From Priapulus caudatus (taxonomy: Eukaryota), in contig NW_014577068.1 in NCBI RefSeq assembly GCF_000485595.1, positions 554,023-618,022 of the forward strand: a stretch of 64,000 nt of DNA, given 5' to 3'. Shown piece after piece: positions 26,888 to 38,800 of the stretch (the stretch's first letter is position 1; every line of letters begins with the position of its first letter). The position numbers and the translations under genes were made by a program. The notes beneath the pieces are model-generated. The model was not told where the DNA came from. It was given only the letters and a program-made list of their open reading frames with translations, and searched no databases.

Positions 26888-29800
26888 ATGTCTGTATTTG
26901 TGTATGTATCATGCTCACCTGTACTTGTGCATATGATTGAAAGTTTACGTGAGCTCAAGTAGTCACGCGTCCGTATACGTTGAATGGTTTTTTGTCTGTG
27001 AGTCCAAAAGACACTGTTTTTCTTGGCTTTGCATTGAACTATCTTTGTAGAGTGCATTACCAGAATATATAAGAGATTTTGCTGGATTAGCAGTCTCCAG
27101 TGTAAAACTCATTCAAGTAACCATTTGAAGTGGTTTTCGAGCAAGGACACTATAAAGGTTAACACAGCTGCTGCAAAACCCTTTAAAAAGCCCTCTCGAG
27201 TAACAAGATAGGCTAGGTGGCTAGGAAGAGTGGTTTCAGCTTCTTTATATAGTATTGAATAAGTCTTAAGCTAAAAATGTAAGGCAAATCTCAATTTGTG
27301 GAACTAAATCAGTAGACAAAAAGAAATCAACAAGAAAATAAGAATAGGAAAACTCCACATATACTGTTGATTCGTCTTTCCTTGTTTCCTACGCTTACCT
27401 CGTTTGGAAACCCAATAACTGTCAAGAGAGCTAAACTAAGTTGTTTTGAATAGTAAAAGTAACATGTGATTCACGAAGGACTGGAAACCTGTGATGTGAA
27501 CCTGGGTTAGGCAATTCACATGTTGATTGTTAAATTATAGATGAATACCACGATATTTGCATGGCCACGTGCAAAAGTAGCAGGATATTTCAACCATGTA
27601 AATGTCAAACAGCGTTTCTATAAATGTAGCCTAATTGAAATGCTTTAAGGATACTCTCAACCTTTTGCACGGGTATTGCTCTAATGAAGATTAAACGTTT
27701 ATTGACGAATGAATCGAATCAATCACTTGTTTTATTTATAGAGGAGATATATCTCTATGCTCAAGGCAAAAAAATTCATGAAATTTCCAGCACCTAATTA
27801 TGTTACCACAAAAATTTTGAATTTTTATGTAAAAATGGTATTTTGGATATTTCTCAATTACCAGAAAGAGTGAGGATACAAAATTTTCGCCACATGTTAA
27901 GCAAAATAGTGCATCAGGATTTTTCTTTAAGTTTCATATTTACCGAGAAAAATGAAAAAAAACTGCCTAAAATTCAAGTCGCACGTTTGAATTAAAAAAA
28001 TTTGCGAATAAAGATACATAACTCATAAAATACGGCACTTAATAACAATCCCTGATTCACATTTTTACAGCAATATGTTACCCTTAAAAATTAAATTATT
28101 CTGAGTTGTAATCACGGAGAAATATCCATTTATACATCGACTACTAAGTCAGAAATTGGAACGGAGAAATCAGCGTTTTTTTACGTCAGCCGCGGCTCAC
28201 TACACATGTACGCGGGCAAGCAAAACGCTCTGACAGTTCACATGTACCGTTTTGTGGAGAAATGAGCAGGTGGCACATAGTGTTAGCCATCGAATAAAGT
28301 TGAAAACTGAAAAATCGGTAAAATTTTTTCCTAAAACCTTGAGAGTATCCTTAATCCTTTATGCTGCTGGCAGTTCGGAAACGGATGGCATGCACCAATT
28401 ATAAATCAAATGAAATATCGAGTTTAAGCCTATTATAAAATGTTGTCGTTTTTATCTGCAGACATGCCCCATGGCATGTATTTTTGGCCGCTATTACACA
28501 TGCAAATTATAGGTTGCGCACGTAACATGCTCATTTTCCTATTGTTTCCCAGTAATGACTACTATGGAAGCTGATGGCAGCTAAATCTAAAGTCACCAAT
28601 TTTATAATTGCCAACGACAGCTCTGCGTGTCTCCCTTCAGCAACGCGGCCCCCCCTTCAGCACACGCCCCCCCCCTTCATGCGTCGGACCCTCCACCCCA
28701 TCCAACTTTACAAACTGCACGTTACATCACGTCCACTAATGCTAGTTACTCTTTAATGTTACTCTGTTCAGCAATGAACAATAATTCATCTTGTCCTTTT
28801 AACTGTTAAGTTGTTGCAGCAAGCCTCTGCAGTCAGCAATCTTGGTAACACGATGAGTTCGCAGGGTCTATCAGGCGGTGGCGCCAGCGGTGGGCTCAAC
28901 GTTGGCAACCTGGGTATGCAGCAGCTGGCAGTCCAGCTGGCAGCGCTCACTGGGGGAAGCAACACGGCAGGTACGTTCACTGATGGGGCAAAAGGGAGGG
29001 AAGCACAGTTTGTTCCTGCCACTAGGAGGGCAGCACACGAGGTATCGCTTTATCTTCTTTTGAAAAGGTTTAATTAGCCGTCATATTTCGAAAATTTTAA
29101 TACAGTACACAGTCTATTATCTGAAACCCTTGGGACCAGACACGTTCCGGAATTCAGAATTTTTCGAATTTCGAAATGGTAGTACAGTACAGATATACAT
29201 ACCGTATATCCCGCGACTAGCCAGTACTAAAACCCAAGTTTTCAAGAGGCCAAGTGCTGTACCGGTACAGTACAATATTGTATGAGTAATAACAAACACA
29301 TTAATATTCGTCTGGTCGAGTTTTGGCACCAAACGTGAGCTTTGGTGTGCAGACGATCTCCACGAAAAAAACTTTCGGTTTTCAGAATTTCGGATAAGAG
29401 ATTGTGTACTGTAAACGCATTCGATCGATTTTGATTTGATTTTCCAAGCAAATTCAAGAATCTGGATTTTATGATATGTGAAACAATATCACAAATATGA
29501 TGTGTGATCCAGCGTTTGAAAGTGATCATGAGAGATTTGTTGGCAGGATTCCAGGGTCTAGCTGGTTTGTCTCAACAGCAGCAGTCTTCATCAGGAAACC
29601 AGCAGGACCTAGGCAATCTCTCTAGCCTACAGAGCCTTGCAGCACTGATGGCTGCTAGCAATCAAGGTATGCATTCACAACCTGTCAATATCAAGGGGAG
29701 AAGCGGTGAACCGAAGCCGGTGGTACCTGCTGGATAAAAAGCGAGGCATTGCTAGAGAGGCTGCTGCTAATCCACTCTTTATGCTGCGCCGTGAGCAGTG

Positions 29801-32800
29801 CACCGATGATGCAGCGTACCATCGGCTTACAATCATGTCACAAGCATTCTAAGCCCATTTGACAGAAATAACTGCATCCTGACTTGCCCCTGATGCCTTG
29901 CTGCATCTTCGGGAAGCTGTCATCGTGGGAGTAGTGGACGGGCATCGATTCAGCACTAGCGTTTTATTTCAGGTGTTAGTTCACTGAATGTGCAACAGCT
30001 GGCAGCCCTTGCCGCCATGACGCAGGGCCAGTCAAGCGGTGGCGCCACGGGTGGCGGTAGTAACACTAACCTTGGTCTGTCGAGTGGCATGAATCAGCAG
30101 AGCATGTGGCAGGGAGGCCAGGAAGCAGGTAAAGTCATGTTCAATCTCTACTACTAAATACTCTCTCAGGGTGCGAAATTAACGGGAGTCCGGAGTCAAA
30201 TACTCCCTGATTTGACATATGCAGGAGTCCATGTGATTCCCTGAAAATTCTGCCATACTAACTAGTTCGTTCTGGAGCACGGCCTTGCGGAATTACTGTA
30301 TTTTTTCAGCTAATGTTCAAAGAAAATTTGGCAGACGTGCAACCGCATGAATCTTAAAAATAAGCACATACGTTACTGTTAATATCTTTAATTTTGAACC
30401 TCAGACTGCGGACTCCCTCATTTTGCTGCGTACTCCTTCTTTTTGAGGGTAGGTAGTCCGTTGGACTCCCGTGTTCAAAAGTTAATTTCTACCCCTGCTC
30501 TCTATCAGTGTGATTAGTAATGGCTTCAACATGTCAACATAACAGTTGTGTGAGCTATATAAGTAAAGCTGTTCACAAACCTCCTCCCTTACCACATACA
30601 CCTACACCCCGTGCTCCTGTATTTGTCTCCCGTATATCAATTCCTCGCCTCCTTGCCACATTTACCTTGGTGACATGCAGCTAAAATGTCTTCTCTCATG
30701 CCTTCTCAGAGTGATAGGAAAATCGTGGTGAATTATGTGAGGCAACGTTTGAACTGGGCTATGTAGAGATGAGCAAATGCTGCCTGAGTGGTGCAGTTCA
30801 AAATTGATTGTGATTGAGAGAATGACTCCTATGAACCAGAAGCCACATATGACCAGGCTGTATCTCCAAAAAATTCATTTCGATGCTCTTCCTGATTGCA
30901 GGTGTTGCGACAAGTGGATCTAGCTCGCAGCAAGATCAGTGGCGGGATGGCATGCAAGGTATACATCTAAAAAGCTTGTCTTCACTCGCATTGAGGCACA
31001 TATGGTGCAGAACATCGCAGCAAAATTCAGACCAAAAGAGTCATTTCGATGTGGCGTTTGGCTTTTTAGTCCGACAATGGCGTATAAGGCAGGGTGTGTC
31101 TGTATGGTGATAGTTGAACCCTGGGATAGGCATGTGTATTTTGCCTTGTGCTGCCTTAATTGTCATGGTAGTAGAGTATAACTTAGTAATGCATATCTCC
31201 TAAACACCTCTTAAAACTGGTATGTTCGCAAATGCTCAGTAGTATTTATTTAAATTTCAACAGTGTAATCTGTGTAGTGTCCAAGAGGTCGTTCGGATGA
31301 TTCAGTCGGCCTTTCTAGCTGGCGTGATATTAGGAATTGCTATATTTCTATATATTTAATAGTCTCATTATTGAAATTCCAACTTCAATTGCTAATTGGT
31401 ATTCTGGTTTATGTGTCAGCAAGCAAAAGACATATTTTACATTTGTAAAACTACTGATGAGCACGGACCGCACGCACACACGCTTACACACATGCACGCA
31501 CATCCATATGTACAGTTAAATTGATAATTACATCTAATCTCTTTTTCTAGAAGTTAGCAGCCAGTAATTGGCTTTTAATTGTTTTAATTGAAACGTGTAA
31601 AATATTAATGAACAACTAACATCCATCTCTGTGTGGTAGTTGCCCCAGGAGTGCCACAAAATTGTAGATGGTTATCTTAATGGATGTGGATGATTACTAA
31701 GTGTAAGGGTGTTGAAAATTTGGTGGGGTCATGCATTTAAATTGACTACGTCACGAATTTTCCATGGTAAAATTTGTATAAAAAAAAATTGCCATTTTTT
31801 TACATTAAAAGTAAGAACTAACGTTACTAAATATATCCTCAAACTCTCATCTGATAAAAATGTTTTTACGTTGGTTAAATTTGCAAAAATCTAGACGATT
31901 TGTTAATTTCTGTTGTCTAACACTATTCCCCCAGTACTGTTCAGATACTGGCGTCTCTCTGTTTTTCACCGGCAAATTAGGGCATATAAAGAAGGTATAT
32001 AAGCATGAAAAGTAAACAGAAACACTAATTGTATTTACATACATTTTATTTTGTACAAATAACACACAAATATACTTATTGATGGTGCTAGAAATTCGTG
32101 ACGTAATCACTTTAATGCTGATTATCGCTGCAAGCCCTCACACCACAACCTTAACAGTACCAACTGCATGCCGCTGGACAGAGGCAGCACGGTTCATTAC
32201 GTCAACAACTGCTGACCATTCTCCCACAATGACACCAAGAATGGATTTATTGTTGAGACAAAATAAGTGCTGTTGAGTTGATAGCACAGCCAAGCAAGGG
32301 GTGCAATGTGTGTTTCAAAGTAACAGAGCTTATACTTGCTGACTCCGAAGGCCGATAAATTAGAAGAATACAGAATAAAAGGTTAGTTTTACCAGAATAA
32401 AACTTACAAGTGGATTACAACAAAAACACATTTCACACCCCATTGTGTCGTGCACTATATGGGGTGACTATCCTGCATGACTAATTGAAAGGACTGTGCT
32501 AAGCTTGAATAGGTGACTTAGGATGACTGATTTCCTTGGTATAATCGGTGGACTTGTTGTAACTTTATGTTATTATCTTTAACCAGTTCCTTGGGGAAAT
32601 TAACAAACAATGCTGGGGTCCGAAATGTGCATGCGCTCGCGGAAGAAAATCCTCATAGATCTCGCACTTCTATCTCCACTCTATTCAACACCCTTATCCT
32701 TGTTCAGGGAAGTTGAAACCATGATCTGTGACTCTTGCAGGCAGCATGTCAAGCTCAACAGCACAATCTGGAGCTGGTGGTGGAGGCATGGGCTACACAG

Positions 32801-35800
32801 GCAGCCAGCTTGCCAACCTGGCAAGCCTCGCAAATCTAGGACAGACCTCTAGCAACCAGAGTCACTTGGGTAAGTTTGCCAGGTGTATGTGTACAGATGC
32901 TTCTTAGTGACTGCAACCATCGTTGAAGCCTAGAGTAGCTGGGCAATAAGGAGCATGTTGCTATGCTGTGTTTTATAGCTGTAGTGTAGCTTAGTAGTGT
33001 TAATTAGTGAGGTAGTTAGTGCTGATTAGCAAGTCGTCTTTCTAGGCCATCTGTAGCAGCACATCTCGGTATTGGTGGCGGTGATGTGGTGAATGCACTG
33101 CTTGTAAATTCCTCTGCTGTCAAAGTGCCCATGCTATCATCTTTGTCCTAGCTATAGCCCAAGAAAACATCGATGGACATATCCTGATCGTGATTTATAG
33201 AATATGATTTGATCTCATGTGGATACTGTTAGGGTTACGGACAGGTAACACTAAAGGGCATTGCAACATAACTGATCATCAAATTCAATCAAACTCATAT
33301 CCATTACATAAGAGAGATGTCTCTCTACGCTCTCGATGAAATTATTATTTTTTAAGTCGTTCCTAAACTTTTAACCATAAGTTGTTCATAATATGAACTA
33401 AAAAAGGGTCCCTGGAATTTTTTTAAATGCTTTAATTTAGGAAATAATTTGAGAAGATGTACGAAAATTTGTAGTGATTTTCAAAACGCAACAATTTCGT
33501 AAACAAAGAGCCATAACTTATAAAATATAATTTTTTTTTTAAATTCCATGGACCCTTTTTTCCTTTGATATGTTAGCATTGAAAAGTAACACAAAAAATT
33601 GGAATCGGAGTTCTGAGTTTCGAGAAATAGCATTTGAAAAATCAGCAACTTTAGCATTTCAAGCAATGGAGATATTAGCACTTTTCTAAATTTCCTATGA
33701 TTGAACGCCTGTGTTAAGAATTGACTAATGCGGGGATTTGGAACTGTTTGGGTGGCTGTATACATAATTTCTACGTATACATAGCTGCCCATGGGTGCGA
33801 TCTATCAAATAAAGTGGGTATTGAAGTTTCGACCGAAAATCACCTCTCAACCCTAACAGTAAAATGACGCATTGACGTGTCAAATGAGTAAACAAATAGA
33901 AAGACATTTATATACCAATATTACCTCCTTGCTTTAGGGCTTAGACTAAGCTTGGGCAGTTATGTTATTTTGTACTGTATAACTAGGAAAAAAATCCTTT
34001 AGCAGTTATCATCTCTTCTAACCATTTATTCTGTTATGGAAAGTTGGTGTAATTTTACATAACTATTAATAAGAAGCAGGGTTCTCCTTAGTAATTTCAG
34101 AAGGCAATCAAACAATTTATCCCCTCTTAATGGTGTCAATTATGCATGTCGTATGCAGGCCCAATACATAGGTTAACTTGGTCAGTTCGGACATGTATAC
34201 GTTAAGCTGTAAAAACACCATGTCTATGTTGGGATTGTCAAAATTCAATAACTGCTGGAAATTTATGCATGTCGATTAAGCAATTGAGGCATGTCGGGAC
34301 GACTTATGGAATGTCGCAAATTAGGTTCTGCTTTGAAGGCATGTCGGACCCGACATGTTAAAGGCCTGCGGAGAACCCTGCAAAGTATTGATCAAGAACT
34401 AATATGTTGCAGTTGTGTGTCGGACCCTGGTATTGCATGAAACATGCTCACAATTTGCTAAATCACAATGGGAATAGCATGTTATCTATTACCTAATAAG
34501 AAGAGAGCACAGTACTCATTATTGTATTCCCCGCGACGAAGTCGGCGGGGATAGTATGGTTTCATGTCTGTACAGCCGCCGCCGCTCGGTCTGCCACAGA
34601 GATTTTCCCTTCCGCTCTATAACTCGACCCCTAATTGATATAGCGTGACCAAACTTGGTCTACTTACACATCTTGGGGAGAAGGTGGGCAGCGCACCAAA
34701 ACCAGGTCACTGCGACTTTTATTTGACCTTTACCTTGACCTTGATCATATTTCCCTTCCGCTTTGTAACTCGGCCCCTAATTGACCTAGCGTGACCAAAC
34801 TTGGTCTACTTACACATCTTGGCGAGAAGGTGGGCAGCGTACCAAAATCAGGTCACTGCGACCTTTATTTGACCTTTACCTTGACCTTGATCATATTTCC
34901 CTTCCGCTCTGTCACTCGGCCCCTAATTGACCTAGCGCTACCAAACTTGGTCTACTTACACATCTTGGGGAGAAGGTGCGCAGCGTACCAAAACCAGGTC
35001 ACTGCGACCTTTATTTGACCTTTACCTTGACCTTGATCATATTTCCCTTCCGCTCTATAACTCGGCCCCTAATTGACCTAGCGCTACCAAAACCAGGTCA
35101 CTATAACCTTTATTTGACCTTTACCTTGACCTTGACCATATTTCCCTTCCGCTCTATAACTCGGCCCCTAATTGATCTAGCGCAACCAATCTTGGTATAC
35201 TTACAGATCTTGGGGAGAATCTGTGTCGCGTACCAATCCCAGGTCACTGCGGCTTTTATTTGACCTTGACCTTGACCTTGACCATATTTCCCTTCCACTC
35301 TATAACTCGGCCCCTAATTGATCTAGCGCAACCAAACTTCGTATACTTACACATCTTGGGGAGAACACGGGGGATACATGTAGTTGGCGACAACTGCCCT
35401 TTCTAGTTCGGTATGGAACTGATAACCAGGGGATGTAAAGTTTCTTGTTATTATGCATGTTCTTCTAAAATGTTGCATGTTTAATAGAATTGCACATATT
35501 GTGAGACAAAAGTAGTAAGTGGTGTTGTCATATTAATTATCATGCAAATATTAGTTAATATTCAGCAGGCATATTTTTTAAATCTGGTTTATCTGTTGCA
35601 TTCCATTCCATCCCTTATGCTTTGCCTGGTACAATTGATGTTATTTCCATTTGTTTTAGGTTTATAATATCATTTCTTAATTAGTTATCTCTACCACACT
35701 ACTTCCACTGGTTCTAGGACAAATTCCCTTGACAATTTAATTACCACCATGCTATTCAACCATCCCCATGGACAACCCTGCTAGACAATTCACCCCCCCC

Positions 35801-38800
35801 CAAAAAAAAACAAAAAAAACAATTACCCTCTGATCAATCATCAGTTACCACGCAGGCAATTACCCTGACATATGCCACCGAACAATTCCTTCTAAACAAA
35901 TACCTCTCAGGCAATTATCTCCGGACATCACATTAAACGTCCGGGGTAGTTGTCCAAGTGGTGTTTTATTTGTTTATTTGTCCTGATATCCTTCCAGCTA
36001 TACGTAAAATGGCCACGGTTTTTAACATCGTATTCACAAAAGCATGGCTGTCTCAGTAGAATTCTCATTTTAATTGCTCTCTGCATCAGGCTAGAATGAG
36101 TGTTTGATGCAAGTATAGTAGATATTCTTTCTGATTCTTGATATATTCTGATTTAGAATAGTGGCCCTATAGTTAAAGTAAAATACAATTATGTTTATCT
36201 CCATTAACAAAGTACGTAAGTGAAGTTTATTCACATATGCCTGGTAGTGACATCTGGTGCTCATACTCAATGGTAATACTCTTGTGAAAGCTTCGAACTT
36301 TATTTTCTCATTTATCTGGTTTGTGTTGTCATCTATCGATATATATGACAATGCGGACATGATTAACAATTGAGTTACATCACCAAACATTATATCAAAG
36401 ATATCTGCTAGTACAATTATGTGATGCTTTGTGATATTGTGTATTTCAGTGCTGTTATCTCTAATCATATTGCAGCCAGTTTGCTCTGTGTGATTATCAT
36501 ACCTTTATGAAACTGATCTCACATTCGCTTATAGCAAGCACTAGAATGCCTCTGTGACGTCTTTCGTTGCTGTTATGCTTTGTAGGGACTTCGAATGGGT
36601 CTGGGTCAGACACACTAACACAGGCTTACTCTGGGATGCAGCAGTATACAGGTTTGTCTAGTATACTTTAAACACACAGATTGCTAAAGGTTTAGTTGGT
36701 CTGCTGTACTGGCAGGACCCCCAACATAATGTATGCAGTTTGTTTTTGTACATGATTGTTGTGCAAATTTACATTCAGACAAATGTTTCACTGTTACACA
36801 CCATATAAATTCATGCAATCACAAGAACTTACAATGCTGAAAATTTATAGTTATTCTTCTGGTAGATGGCATGCTGACTTCTATTATTTGGATACAATTG
36901 TTGTAACACCCAAGGCTTATATTTAGATGGTGGTGCAGTGATAGAAATTTAATGGTTTTTTATTCCTAGAAGTTTTTTTTTGGGTAGGTATGTATGTCAC
37001 ACATATATGCACGTGCAAATACCTTTATAGTGAACAATTGAGACATGATTTAAGTCGATATTGTAGATGACACCTGCAGGTATTGCTCTGGCTGAATGCT
37101 ACTCACTAAGCTAATATGCTTTGCACAGTACTGCTTGAAGGCTAGTGCTGGCTTTTCCTTGTGATTGCTGCTTAATAGCATCAAGTAAAATAATGGCTAA
37201 TCGCTTTGTGATTAACAGGCCGTATATTATAATTGAGTAGTATGTCATATACTAGTATATGAAAGGTCATCTGTCTTGCCCTCCTTTCGGATACAGTTAT
37301 TTCCCATTATAAATACACACGTATGTATAAATACACATGTTGATGTGTCCCCACTCAAGTTAATGTGTGCATGCTGCATAACTATACAGACTATATTATG
37401 ATAAGCAACATCATCAGGTAATCCCCCAGCAGTTGCTTGGGGGATTTCAACACCAGGAAACGTACTTATTCATATTTCTGAAGCTATCATTTTTATAGTG
37501 GTATAAATGAAGAAAAGTGATAAATTAACATTTTAAATCTATTAATCTTACACTGGAAATTCATAGGTATATTAGAAACTCATGGGTAAACATACCATTC
37601 ATAGTGTTAATCACGTGGTTCAATGCAGGTCTTCACGTCTTTTCGCTAAATCATTTTATATTCGTGCGTTACAGATAATCGATAACAGTGTCCTAAAGAG
37701 ATACTGAGCAACGGTCATCAAAATTACAAACACGTAAAAATTTCGAATTCTGATATTTCGGACATATCGTTGCATATAGCGCGTAACATCGGCGTGTTCC
37801 TTTCAACCTGTTTCACTGTTAGTGGAGTCGCTGAAGGCCCCCGCACTCTGTGCGCATTCGGCGCGCGCCAACGGCGCTGAGCCGGAAAAATCGTACACGA
37901 TAGATATTTTGCTTGCATGCGCCAAATGCGCACAGTGTGCGGGGGCCATGATGTGGCGGTGGCGTGCACGTGGCGTTTATGAGTCACTGCTGACGCGTCG
38001 CCTCTGTTCTTACAGCAGGGTTCCCGAACTTCACACAGCCGGGGGTGCAGCAGCAGATCATAACAGCGGCGGGAAAGCAGACGGAAGGTGAGACAAAGTC
38101 ATACTTGTCCTCCGTGTACTCCGCCACACCTGCCCCCGGCGCTGTTGCCTCTCGCCTACGTAAGTAAGGGGGACCATTCACCGCCGCGTTTTTACTTCCC
38201 CCGTGCCCCCGCGCGCCCCGTCGTCCCCTCCCGCTGCGTGAGGTGCTGTTTCTATGTCTCCTCCTGCATTGGGATGAGTTTTTAGTGTGCAGTGTGCAGT
38301 GTGCATGTAGCATCCAGCTTCAAAGCAACGTATCTCAGATAATGAGCACAGCATATTTAGCAATGCAGGTTGTCACTGTCTTGGCAGATTAGCATCTGCA
38401 GAGTGTATGTGCATATACCATAAAGGCCCACCCCTCCCACCATCAATATATATATATATATATTTATACATATATACGTGTGCGTGCTTGCGTGCAGTGT
38501 GTGCGTGCGTGTGCATATGTATATATTTCATTATACATCTATACATCATCATTTTCATGCAGTATTTATTATACGAATGTTGTCACATTTGTCAACTGTA
38601 ATAATGGTTACTCGTGTCCTGTGTCATTACATCTAGACAAGAATGGGTTGACTACCTGTATGGATGATGAAGCAAGCACATTGTCATGATACTCCTGACT
38701 AGAGGTCTGTTCTGCCATTGCAGGTCCCGAGGGGGCGAACCTCTTCATCTATCATCTTCCACAGGAATTCAGTGATCAAGATCTCTGTCAGACCTTCCTT

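Noticed and set aside
32701..32740. Upstream acceptor tgttcag| at 32707 that would add an in-frame TGA (poison extension)
   Set aside because: A single AG with a pyrimidine tract is common by chance, and nothing else supports its use.
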